Assembly (NCBI GenBank): GCA_038844785.1
Contig: JAWBRA010000020.1
Coordinates: 1-29,841, forward strand
DNA length: 29,841 bases
Source: Candidatus Caldarchaeum sp.
GTDB lineage: Archaea > Thermoproteota > Nitrososphaeria_A > Caldarchaeales > Caldarchaeaceae
Direction: 5' to 3'
Part shown: one piece after another, positions 19,442 to 28,289 of the stretch
Layout: each line of letters begins with the position of its first letter
Numbering within the stretch: position 1 is the first letter of the stretch
Position numbers and translations under genes: made by a program
Notes under the pieces: generated by a model
Told to the model about the DNA's origin: nothing
Database searches by the model: none
Seen by the model: the letters and a program-made list of their open reading frames with translations, nothing else

Positions 19442-20011
19442 GTGTTCAGACGTGGCTTGAGCGGCGAGGAATCCGTCTCTGTTGTCGAGGTAAGCCGTTT
19501 TGAGCTCCTTGAAGACGATTCTGTTGTGTTTGTCGAAGGCGATTTATCATGGTTTCAGCAACGTGGTTACGGCGACCGGCGACAGGATGGCCGTTGGGGG
19601 TTCAGCCCTGTCGAGGCACTCTACTTGGTTAAAAACGGCAAAGCAGAAGTATACAGAGATGGGAAACAGCTTGGGTTTAACGAGCTGTTGAGCTTCTTCA
19701 TACAGCGTGACGGCAACATCTGGCGGGATTACGTCATCTACATGGATCTTCGAAAAAGACGATATGTTGTGAAGGAAGGGTTCGGACCGAAGCTTAGGTT
19801 TCGAGTCTTCGAGAGGGGAGAGTACCTTGAAAAGCCTGCAAAATACCTCATTATCCCGTTGTATGAGGGGGAGAGCATTAGGGTCGAGGAGCTTCTAAAT
19901 CTTTTAAAGTCGTGCAGGGCGATGAACAAAACCGCGGTCGTGGCCGTTTTGGACAGAAGGAACGAGGTAGTTTACTACAACGCTTCGCTTGTGGAGCTTG
20001 TCAACAAGTAG
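19442..20011 (+). CDS. tRNA-splicing endonuclease, probably the non-catalytic (structural) subunit
   Basis: SPVEALYL, YVIYMDLRKRRYVVKEG, AVLD...VVYY. Catalytic Tyr is replaced (FRVF) and the catalytic His is absent. Confidence 0.85.
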   Translation: MFRRGLSGEESVSVVEVSRFELLEDDSVVFVEGDLSWFQQRGYGDRRQDGRWGFSPVEALYLVKNGKAEVYRDGKQLGFNELLSFFIQRDGNIWRDYVIYMDLRKRRYVVKEGFGPKLRFRVFERGEYLEKPAKYLIIPLYEGESIRVEELLNLLKSCRAMNKTAVVAVLDRRNEVVYYNASLVELVNK

Positions 20012-20017
20012 GCTGGG

Positions 20018-20866
20018 ATGGTTGTGAGGCTTTTCGCCTACGTTAGGCTAACGAGGCCGCCTAACGGCTTGCTGATGTTCTTCGCCGTGCTTGTCGGCAT
20101 AGTTTTCTCCCAGAGGCAGACCGCCTCCATTGAACAAGTTTTCTACGCGTTACTTACCTCTTACGGGTTGACGGCTGCTTCGATGGCTTTGAACGACTAT
20201 TTCGACAGAGAGGTTGACAGGGTCAACAACCCTTCAAGGCCTATACCCTCAGGGGAGGTGCCACCCCGTTCAGCTTTGGCAGCTTCTTTTTTCATGGCTG
20301 CCTTGGGCCTGGTCTCCGCAATCCTAACCTCTATCCAGTGTTTTGCGATGGCTTTAACAGCGTATGCCGTTGCAGTGGTGTATAACTGGCGTTTGAAGAA
20401 GACGGGTTTGCCGGGCAACCTTGCAGTGAGCTTTACGGTGGTGGCGCCTTTCCTCTACGGCTCCATACTAGCCGACGGATACGTTTCTGGCCGGGTTCTC
20501 GTCTTCGCGGGATTGGCTTTTCTAGCCAACACTGGAAGAGAAGTCATCAAGGGGATGACAGATGTGGAGGGTGATGCGAAAAGAGATGTGTTGACTGTTG
20601 CGAGAAAACATGGTTTAACCACGGCTGCCTGGCTTGGTTCCAGCCTCTATTTCTCAGCCGTCGCCTTGAGCCCTCTACCCTACCTGCTGGGCATAGCAGG
20701 CCTTCTCTACATGTTTTCTGTCACAGCGGCCGACCTAGGGTTTTTGTATTCGGGGCTTAAGCTCGTGGCAAACCCCGTTGCAGAAGAGGCTTGGAGGCAG
20801 AAGAACCTGACGTTGGTCTGGATGTTTTTGGCGCTGCTTTCATTCCTCGCAGGCGGTTTAACATAG
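20018..20866 (+). CDS. Digeranylgeranylglyceryl phosphate synthase (UbiA family)
   Basis: LTRP.N, NDYFDREVDRVNNPSRPIPSG, YNWRLKK, REVIKGMTDVEGD. Confidence 0.9.
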   Translation: MVVRLFAYVRLTRPPNGLLMFFAVLVGIVFSQRQTASIEQVFYALLTSYGLTAASMALNDYFDREVDRVNNPSRPIPSGEVPPRSALAASFFMAALGLVSAILTSIQCFAMALTAYAVAVVYNWRLKKTGLPGNLAVSFTVVAPFLYGSILADGYVSGRVLVFAGLAFLANTGREVIKGMTDVEGDAKRDVLTVARKHGLTTAAWLGSSLYFSAVALSPLPYLLGIAGLLYMFSVTAADLGFLYSGLKLVANPVAEEAWRQKNLTLVWMFLALLSFLAGGLT

Positions 20867-20867
20867 T

Positions 20868-21521
20868 TCAGACTTCGGCGAAAACAGTGCAAGGCGCGCT
20901 GTCAACATCCTCAACCATCAAAGGAGCTAAAACCACCTTTTTCAAGCTGCTAGGCTTCCCCAGAAGATCCATGTCTTCTATGATGAGGAAATTCCTGCCG
21001 ACAAGCAGTTTTCGATGTGCTTCACGGCCTATTTCACGCATAAGGGGCGAGGATATCGATATGGCGTCTACGCCTAGAGCCCTCAAGCCCTCAAACCCAC
21101 GCAGATATTCCGCCGCCTCAACAGAAAGACAGGGCCCCTTCCTCATGAAAGCTTCAGGGTCCGACTCCCTGAGCCTCTGTATGCCTGTCCTTATCAGCAG
21201 AAGGTCTGAGCCCATAATCTCATCGTGGTAGGGTTTCAAGTCATCGGCCAGAACAAGTTCACCGATGTTTTTCACGACATCTATGAGGATGGGTTTTGAA
21301 AAAATCAGCTCATCCGCCGTGTAATGGGATATTTTACGCCCGCTTGGGTCGAAGTGGTTGGGGGCGTCGACATGCGTTCCCAGATGGTTGAGCATTTTGA
21401 TGAAGTAGGTGTTGCTGCTATCGCCTTTGGAGAGCTGTTTAACCGCAGTCACCTCAAGACGCGGGCCGTTGTCGTAGCAAGGCGTAGACGGCGAAAGCCT
21501 GTGGGACAGAAGGACCCACAT
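20868..21521 (-). CDS. Cyclase family metal-dependent hydrolase (kynurenine formamidase-like)
   Basis: HLGTHVDAPNHF, LLIRTG, LGVDAIS, AHRKLL, IIED. Start set at ATG 21521. Confidence 0.9.
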   Translation of the reverse strand: MWVLLSHRLSPSTPCYDNGPRLEVTAVKQLSKGDSSNTYFIKMLNHLGTHVDAPNHFDPSGRKISHYTADELIFSKPILIDVVKNIGELVLADDLKPYHDEIMGSDLLLIRTGIQRLRESDPEAFMRKGPCLSVEAAEYLRGFEGLRALGVDAISISSPLMREIGREAHRKLLVGRNFLIIEDMDLLGKPSSLKKVVLAPLMVEDVDSAPCTVFAEV

Positions 21522-21622
21522 GTAAAACGAGTTGCACGACACTTAATCAACCCATCGAAAACTGTTAAAAGCTTTGATTGGCGGTGGTTTGACGCGTCCA
21601 ACTTTAATATTGGGTTTTATGT

Positions 21623-22675
21623 TTGGATGATGTGGCCGCGGACGGCGTTTTAAGGCTTGGTTACTGGGCTGGTATGGAGCAGTATGACCCGGAAAGATTG
21701 TTAGCCCACGCCATACATGCGGAGGCTGTTGGCTTCGACATCATTGTTGCAAGCGACCACTTCCATCCCTGGAGCGACACAGGCGGTCAGGCAGGGTTTC
21801 CATGGATTTTCTGCGCAGCGGTTGCTGAAAGAACTAAGAGGGTTGAGGTGGGGACGGCTGTGACCACTCCGCTGTTCCGATACCATCCAGCCATCGTGGC
21901 CCAAGCCTTCGCCACCCTCAACTATCTCTACCCAGGCAGGATATTCATAACCGTTGGAACAGGGCATGCGATGAACGAGACTCCGTTAGGGTTTGAATGG
22001 CCCGGGTTCAAGGAGAAGGTTCAAAGGCTCAGGGAGGCTATCGAGATAATCCAGCTGCTTTGGAAAGGTGGTTTCGTAGACTATGAGGGGAAATACTATC
22101 GTATAAAGACGGCGAAGCTTTACACAAAGCCCAAGACGAAGATACCCATGTATGTGGCCACCTCCAACGCTGCTGTGGCGGAGATAGCTGGCGAGATGTG
22201 CGACGGCATCCTAACCAACCCGAGGGGTTTAGAGAAATATCTCGAAATAATAAATGCGTTTGAGAAGGGGGCTAGGAAGGCTGGCAAAGACCCTTCCAAG
22301 CTGAGCAAGTGTCTCGAGTTTAAGGTCTCCTACGACCATGACTACGATAGGGCTTATCGGTCGGCCCTCTTCTGGGCGCCGACGGCCATCCCGAGAGAGA
22401 AGAGGGAGCAGGTTTCAGACCCACGGGTGCTGGAGTCCATGGTCGGCGAGGAGGAGAAGCGGAAGGTGAAGGAGACGTGGCTGATAACAACCGATGTAGA
22501 CGACATCTTCAAGTCGCTGGCTTATTTTCTCAAGCTTGGGTTTGACCGCGTCTACATACACAGCGCAAGCCCGAACGAGGAGAAGTTTCTCAACTTCCTC
22601 GGCCGAGACATACTGCCTTGGATGAGGGAGTTTTACGAGCAGCTGGGCCGTCCCATCAGGCCTGTGCTCGAATAG
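21623..22675 (+). CDS. F420-dependent LLM-class oxidoreductase (G6PDH/Fgd-like family)
   Basis: EQYDP, ASDHFHPW, GTAVTTP..RYHPAIVAQAFATL, GTGHAMNE. Confidence 0.9.
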   Translation: MDDVAADGVLRLGYWAGMEQYDPERLLAHAIHAEAVGFDIIVASDHFHPWSDTGGQAGFPWIFCAAVAERTKRVEVGTAVTTPLFRYHPAIVAQAFATLNYLYPGRIFITVGTGHAMNETPLGFEWPGFKEKVQRLREAIEIIQLLWKGGFVDYEGKYYRIKTAKLYTKPKTKIPMYVATSNAAVAEIAGEMCDGILTNPRGLEKYLEIINAFEKGARKAGKDPSKLSKCLEFKVSYDHDYDRAYRSALFWAPTAIPREKREQVSDPRVLESMVGEEEKRKVKETWLITTDVDDIFKSLAYFLKLGFDRVYIHSASPNEEKFLNFLGRDILPWMREFYEQLGRPIRPVLE

Positions 22676-23848
22676 TTATGCTGTCACACTTTGATGCCAT
22701 CGGAGAATGTATTCCGGAAGTCTGAAGCCCTTTGACTCAAGGCTTTCGACGAGAAGTATGGGTAGGGGGCTTAACGCGAAGGCGGCGTAGATGTAAAACC
22801 TGTTAGGCCTTCCCGGCTCCGACTTTACAGGTATCTCCAAGACCGTGTCAGCCATCGAGGCTATCGTGCTGTCAGCGTTGCCGACGACGGCCGCTATCTG
22901 ACCTCCCATACGTTTGAAGCTCTTGCACCATGCCGCCACTATCTCAGTCTCTCCGCTGCTCGATATAACGACCAGCACGTCTCCTTGCCTCGGGGCTGGG
23001 GTGCTGGTTTCTTTGGCCACGTAAATCTGGTCGCCGATGGCTCTCTTTATATGCCCAACCCTGACGGCGGTCATCCTAGCGACTTCGTAGCTGCTGCCCA
23101 AGCCTGCGAAAAACCCTGTGCAGCGGGTCTCAAGCCTCCGGGTGACGAAATCATAGAATTCTGATGCGATGCTTTTGTCAACGACGGCCGCAGCCTCCCT
23201 GCAAACCTCTCTCGCGTATTCGTATGCTTTGCTCGGCAATGTTTTGTCATGGAGAGCCTCCGCGACTGCGTGCAGGATTACTCCACTCCCGAGTATGAAC
23301 GTGTCCTCCATTATGCCGACGTCGCGGAATACCTTGGCCTCCTCCGCCTCATGTACCTCCTCCCTTCCCATAAGCTCTAAAACGCTGCCGTATTTTGAAG
23401 CAATTTTAGCCAGAGGTGATTCTACGTCGGATGTTATGAGGTCTATGGTGTAGTCTCTGTGCGCTCCTGTTTTGCCTATGTATGACGCCATGTTCTGGGC
23501 GTCGACGAGAGGCGTCATAGACCTGCCTGACCCGGAGTTGATGAGCAAACAGACTCGGCCAAACCTCTGCTTAAGTATGGGGGCTGCGTCGCTAATGTCC
23601 CTTCCCGGAAAACCTATGTCACCGCGGTCGACTACTATTTTCCCGTCACGCATCTTGGCCATTTCGCTCGCCGCAATGCTCAAAGCGCCTTTAGACCTTC
23701 CCTCGCCAAGAGGTATTATCACGCCCGCCGACTGGATGTCGTGGAGAAGGCGTTCGAGCGCGTCAAGTTCTATGCCGCTGACGTTGTTGAAGATGCGGTT
23801 GACATAACCCAGGCTGCACACGGTCTCGGTCAAAAACCATCCACGCAA
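22676..23848 (-). CDS. Tandem SIS-domain sugar-phosphate isomerase-like protein
   Basis: Two SIS cores: IIPLGEGRS...INSGSGRS and FFAGLGSS...DVLVVISSSGET...STIASMAD. Confidence 0.8.
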   Translation of the reverse strand: MRGWFLTETVCSLGYVNRIFNNVSGIELDALERLLHDIQSAGVIIPLGEGRSKGALSIAASEMAKMRDGKIVVDRGDIGFPGRDISDAAPILKQRFGRVCLLINSGSGRSMTPLVDAQNMASYIGKTGAHRDYTIDLITSDVESPLAKIASKYGSVLELMGREEVHEAEEAKVFRDVGIMEDTFILGSGVILHAVAEALHDKTLPSKAYEYAREVCREAAAVVDKSIASEFYDFVTRRLETRCTGFFAGLGSSYEVARMTAVRVGHIKRAIGDQIYVAKETSTPAPRQGDVLVVISSSGETEIVAAWCKSFKRMGGQIAAVVGNADSTIASMADTVLEIPVKSEPGRPNRFYIYAAFALSPLPILLVESLESKGFRLPEYILRWHQSVTA

Positions 23849-23880
23849 ACAGCGTTAGCCGAGCATAAAAGCATAAACGC

Positions 23881-23888
23881 TATAAAAA
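23881..23888 (+). promoter_or_regulatory. TATA box of tRNA-Leu
   Basis: TATAAAAA 22-29 nt upstream of the tRNA 5' end. Confidence 0.65.
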
Positions 23889-23909
23889 ACCCTTGAGCAT
23901 AGATGTTGG

Positions 23910-24024
23910 GCGGGGGTCGCCAAGCCTGGTCAAACTAGCTCAGCCCAAGCTGAGTAAGGCTAGCGGCGCAGGGTTCAGGCCCCTGTCCCGTAGGGGTTCG
24001 TGGGTTCAAATCCCACCCCCCGCA
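23910..24024 (+). tRNA. tRNA-Leu(CAG) with a ~30-nt non-canonical intron at the D-loop/D-stem (about 23935-23964)
   Basis: Acceptor GCGGGGG/CCCCCGC-A, anticodon arm CAGGG-TTCAGGC-CCCTG, long variable arm, T arm GTGGG-TTCAAAT-CCCAC. Removing 23935-23964 restores GCCAAGCCTGGTCAAAGGC. CCA is not encoded. Confidence 0.92.
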
Positions 24025-24084
24025 CGCCCTACACCTATCACTGAGTGGTCTAATGTTGTCCGCCGCGTGGTCAGGCAAAAGATT

Positions 24085-24663
24085 TTACATTGTTCCCTTC
24101 GTGGATGGTGTTCCGGTTCTTTTTGGATCGTGTTCGACGGCTTGTCTTAAAGCGACGGCCAAGGCTTTGAACCCTGCCTCAACCTTGTGATGGTCGTCGG
24201 CCCCCTCCATAACTTTAACGTGGATTGTCGCGTTCATGCTTACCGTCAGCGTCTCGAGGAAGTGGTTTATCTCTGTGACAGGTATGTCTTCTACAACTTC
24301 GAGCTTTGTTTTAAGCTCTATGACGGGCTTTGGTCTTCTGACCAGGTCGACGGCGGCGTATGCCAGCGCTTCATCCATGGGGATTAAGGCGTAGCCGAAC
24401 CGTTTTATCCCCGTTCTGTCCCCCAAAGCCTTGTCGAGTGCTGCGCCTAAGACGATGGCCGTGTCCTCGACGACATGGTGCCGTAGGTCTCCGGAGGCTG
24501 AAACCTTCATGTCGACGAGGCTGTGTTTTGAAAGCGTTGCGACCATGTGGTCGAGGAACCTGTATCCCGTTGAAACGCTGCACAACCCGTTTCCATCAAG
24601 GTTTACCTCGGCTTCAACCTGCGTCTCAGCCGTAACCCTCGAAGCCCTGCCCAGCCTAGCCAA
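24085..24663 (-). CDS. hisB: Imidazoleglycerol-phosphate dehydratase
   Basis: FLDHM, HHVVED, GIKRFG...PMDEAL, DDHHKVEAGFKA. Confidence 0.96.
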   Translation of the reverse strand: MARLGRASRVTAETQVEAEVNLDGNGLCSVSTGYRFLDHMVATLSKHSLVDMKVSASGDLRHHVVEDTAIVLGAALDKALGDRTGIKRFGYALIPMDEALAYAAVDLVRRPKPVIELKTKLEVVEDIPVTEINHFLETLTVSMNATIHVKVMEGADDHHKVEAGFKALAVALRQAVEHDPKRTGTPSTKGTM

Positions 24664-24669
24664 AGCCCT

Positions 24670-25653
24670 TCAGCCCTGGCCAGAGCTTTTCTGAAGAATC
24701 TCCTCAAGCGGAAGAATTAGGTTTGGCTCGTGGACTACAAGCCCTTGGGCAAGCCTCCTCAAAGTCGGCAGAACCGTCATAAACTCGTTCTTTGAGATGA
24801 CCGTGTTGATGGCGTACCAGCCTTTTGCTGACAGCGGGCTAACCGTCGGGCTCTTGAGCGCCGGCAAAGATTTCAGAAGCGTTTCAAGGTTCTCCTCCCT
24901 CACGTTGACGAATATATGCAGTTTTTTACTGCTTTCGACAACGCCTTTCAAAAGAGTGAGGATGTCGAGAATCTTCTCACGCTTCGACGGATCTTCGTAT
25001 GACAGCTTGTTGGCTATCAGCGTAGCCGTCGACTCCATCACAGTCTCCAAAGGCTTTAGGTTGTTCTGTTCAAGCGTTATGCCTGTGGCTGAGGCGTCAA
25101 CTATCAAGTCAGCTTCCTCCGGCGGCTTCGCCTCAGTGGCGCCGAAGCTTAGATAAACACGCACCATGTCGTTATCACCCTTCCGCCACCATGGCGTTAT
25201 TATGAGGGGGTGTCTGTCGCCGTACAGCCTCTTGTAGGCAGGTGTTGATGCGACATACCTAGCCGTCGTGTTGAGATACTCTGTCGAAATCTTGAGCGGC
25301 CTACCCAGTCTCACATACTCCTCCAAATACTCGTTGAGAGTTGAATAGCTTGTTTGTTTGGGCGCCGCCACAACAAGCCTCACATAGCCGTATTCCAAGT
25401 CGAGGAGCGTAAGCACGTCGGCCCCGGTCTCTCTGACCCAGTCCACGCCGGAAATACCTATATCGTATGCTCCGCCTGCAACAAGCAGCGGAATCTCCTG
25501 AGGCCTCAAAATCTTCACCTCGATGTCTTTGTCTTCGACAACAGGCCTGTAGGTTCTCTCAACACCTTTGAGCCTCAGCATAGCCTTCGCTAGAATCTCC
25601 TGGGTCCCCGCCTCCAGAGAGCCTTTCGGAATCGCAAACTTAACTTTCGCCAA
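24670..25653 (-). CDS. hisG: ATP phosphoribosyltransferase, long form
   Basis: AIPKGSL, RPQEIP, DIGISGVDWVRE, SFGATEAKPP, TGITLEQNNL, C-terminal regulatory domain LPALKSPTVSPL. Confidence 0.95.
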   Translation of the reverse strand: MAKVKFAIPKGSLEAGTQEILAKAMLRLKGVERTYRPVVEDKDIEVKILRPQEIPLLVAGGAYDIGISGVDWVRETGADVLTLLDLEYGYVRLVVAAPKQTSYSTLNEYLEEYVRLGRPLKISTEYLNTTARYVASTPAYKRLYGDRHPLIITPWWRKGDNDMVRVYLSFGATEAKPPEEADLIVDASATGITLEQNNLKPLETVMESTATLIANKLSYEDPSKREKILDILTLLKGVVESSKKLHIFVNVREENLETLLKSLPALKSPTVSPLSAKGWYAINTVISKNEFMTVLPTLRRLAQGLVVHEPNLILPLEEILQKSSGQG

Positions 25654-25841
25654 GCCTGCTGGGTCTGGAATGAAGGGTTATTTAAGCGCAACATTTTGGG
25701 TTTACCGTTGAAGGCGTTAAAGACTTTACGGTTGATATTGCCAAGTTGCGGACCCTGTTAAGACAGTTACCTAAATTTAGTATGAAGGAGAAGACATCAC
25801 CGTTCGGGATTCCGTCGGGATATTCACTAGGCCGGAAACAG

Positions 25842-27099
25842 TTATCGGTTTATTCTACTTATTATTGGTTTCTCCTCATCATAGTAACTAGATTCGTATA
25901 GTTTGGACGCGTGTTTAACTGACATCCCCAGTTCATCAGCTATCAGACGCGTTACTTCCGCCTTTTCTCTGATTTTTAATTGTTCTGCGACTTTTTCAAG
26001 TTTCTTAATCTCAACCTCGGCGTCGTCACTTCGAAGCAAGCATAGCCGCCACTCTAGACTGTAAACTCTGTCCAGCCTTTTCCATATCTGGTCGCGCGCC
26101 TCCACTTTCATTTCCATTATGATGTCGTATACATAGTCCGTGAAAACATATGTATTGATGTCGAGTCCATTCTCCAGCGCACCCTTTACGTAAATCAGCG
26201 GTAACGGGGTGGCGACTTCGCTCAAGGTTCTCGTTTTAGGTCCTTGGTTGGACCAGTTGCTGCAAAACTTTCTCCACTGGCATTTTGTGCAGTAGTCTTT
26301 TTTCGGCGACTCCGGCTGGAAACCCATAAGCCCTAGCTGTTTAGATTCCCAAATATCATTCAGCATGTTCTTCAGCTGGAATACTTTCCCAACTTCTTCA
26401 ACCAAACCATGTCGTGGATAAAGCAGTACTGTGGATATCTTTTCGGCAGGGAGTGTTTCCGGCCGGGGAATGAATGCTTCCCCCTCCCTTCTCCTACCCA
26501 AAACAAGCCCTCCCATCCTGCTTAAAGTGTTGTAGAACGCTGTCTGATAGGAATCTAACGACGATGCTTCTCTCTCCACATTCTTTACCTCCGCAACCAA
26601 ATAACTTCTTGACCTCTCCGACTTGAAGATTAGGTCTGGTATGACGTGTGATGGTAGGGCGGGCCATTTCACATCGCATCTACCAACCACCTTCAGCCTC
26701 CCGTACTCTTCCCCAAGTATAGACGCAATCTTAACTAGGCCGACGACATCTCTTTTCACAATGTTCTGAACCAGATCACTCGAATGGTGTAGAGGTCTTC
26801 CCAGCACCTGCTCAGACACAAGCTTTACCTGTTGTTTCAAATACGGTAGGCGTTCTGCAACCTCGGCGACGTCTCTTTCACAGAGGTGCCGATGTCCATT
26901 GCTTTCTCCGAACGGGTGACTGACGGAATTACCTTCTCCGCCAGCCTTTCACCAAGCTTTCCTACGACAGCCGGCTGAACAGGCGGTTTTTCCGTCTTTC
27001 CAGCCTGCGTAACCTCAGAGCCATCGTCTTAAAGGCTAGGTTTTTCGGACACCTGAGAAAATCGTAGACATCCCACCACGTAACGGTGAAAGAACCCAT
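25842..27099 (-). pseudogene. Cas4/AddB-like Fe-S PD-(D/E)xK nuclease, frameshifted near its 5' end
   Basis: ATG 27099 gives MGSFTVTWWDVYDFLRCPK (first Cys). After indels near 27022 and 26877 it joins ORF 25842-26840, which has IPDLIF, VAEVK, YQTAFY and CTKCQWRKFC. Confidence 0.8.
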
Positions 27100-27100
27100 T

Positions 27101-27750
27101 TCAAAGCTCCCTTAAGAGCTGTTCATAGAGTTCACGGCTGGCTTTCAGGTCACACTGAAGATTTTTTGAATTTCCGCCTGCTCTTCCTCCACATATCATA
27201 AATCCATCTAGCTTTCTTAGACGATCCTGACTCTTGCTCCAACCTCTTACAGTTTTCATCAAACTTGTCTAGATTAAGGGCTATTTCGCTTAATTTTTTA
27301 TAACCGTAGAATGGCGCTAGGTCAATTATCAGGGCTGTGCTAAGCATATCTCTTAGACCGTATAGTTTAAGCCCCTTACGGTATAGAGTGTACTTCTGTG
27401 AAAGAAGAGGGATGTCATAGTAGCGTATACCATAGCCCACGACAACATCCGGCGCTATATCGAAATGCTTGTCGAACCTACTAAGCAGCCTCTTCTCGGA
27501 TTCGTTATTATTTTTTCGAGAACCAACGAAAGACAGTGGGAAGAAGAATACTCCAGTAAGCCAATCGCCAAGATTCTCTCATTTTTTAACAATCGGCCCT
27601 TCCTAGTGTCCGTTTCCGAATCTATGAAGATTGTTCTGTTTGCTTTCTCCAAGAGATAATTTTTTAAGGGTTGGTAACGCTTATAGGCAAACGAATTCTT
27701 ACCGACAACGTCTGACAGCAAATCACAATCGCTATACAACCAGCTGGATA
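27101..27750 (-). pseudogene. DnaQ/RNase H-like (PolB-exo-like) 3'-5' exonuclease, split by two frameshifts
   Basis: ExoI IFIDSETD, then SEKRLLSRFDKHFDIAPDVVVGYGIRYYDIPLL (ExoII), then LQCDLKASRELYEQL (ExoIII-like). Frames change at A6 runs 27511-27516 and 27162-27167. Confidence 0.8.
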
Positions 27751-27779
27751 AAAGCGTAACTGTCTTTGGCTCTTTCTAC

Positions 27780-28225
27780 AAGGGCTTGGAGGTTGCTTCA
27801 GGGATGCTCAAGCCCGGAACACCTGTGAAAACTGTTGTAGAGCTTGTAAACATAGCTGTCAGGGTTGTCAACGAGCTTGGCTCACCGATGGATTCAGACG
27901 TAGACCTAGTGGGAGGAGGAAGGACTATCGCAAGAGCTTCAGGCTCCGAGGTTAGGTTTGACAGGGTTCCTTCGGGATTATACACTGTCAGAGTAACACT
28001 GGATCTAAGCAGGTGGAGGTACAGATAAGAGCAGAGCAGGAGGATACGAGGATAACAGTAACGCTTCCAATAGCCTCCGTATTCCTGAACCAGCCAATCT
28101 CCCTGTCAGACATGTACATGGTTGCGGCGGTGTTGACGCCGTTGATTGCAGTAGCCGCAGCGCAGGTGATACATCCCAGAGTTAGAGGCAAACTCTCCAT
28201 AAAACTGTCTAGGGAACATGGCTGA
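27780..28225 (+). pseudogene. 3' fragment of a surface protein gene with C-terminal TM anchor, frameshifted
   Basis: VRVVNELGSP...FDRVPSGLYTVRVT continues in another frame as GSKQVEVQI...MYMVAAVLTPLIAVAAA. No signal peptide or clear start. Confidence 0.65.
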
Positions 28226-28264
28226 AACACATTAACCCATCCCACCACAAGCTTTTATCTAACC

Positions 28265-28270
28265 TTTAAA
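28265..28270 (+). promoter_or_regulatory. TATA box upstream of the Lys-rich small ORF
   Basis: TTTAAA 20-25 nt before ATG 28290. Confidence 0.5.
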
Positions 28271-28289
28271 TCATATCCACGGAGATAGT

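Noticed and set aside
23990-24024. tRNA 3'-end duplication (att site) bounding an integrated element
   Set aside because: I saw no second copy of the tRNA 3' end and no integrase in the window
23893-24150. 85-aa ORF
   Set aside because: Overlaps the tRNA-Leu gene and the hisB 3' end
27511-27516. Programmed -1 ribosomal frameshift
   Set aside because: Not a canonical X XXY YYZ heptamer in frame, and three more indels would also have to be bypassed
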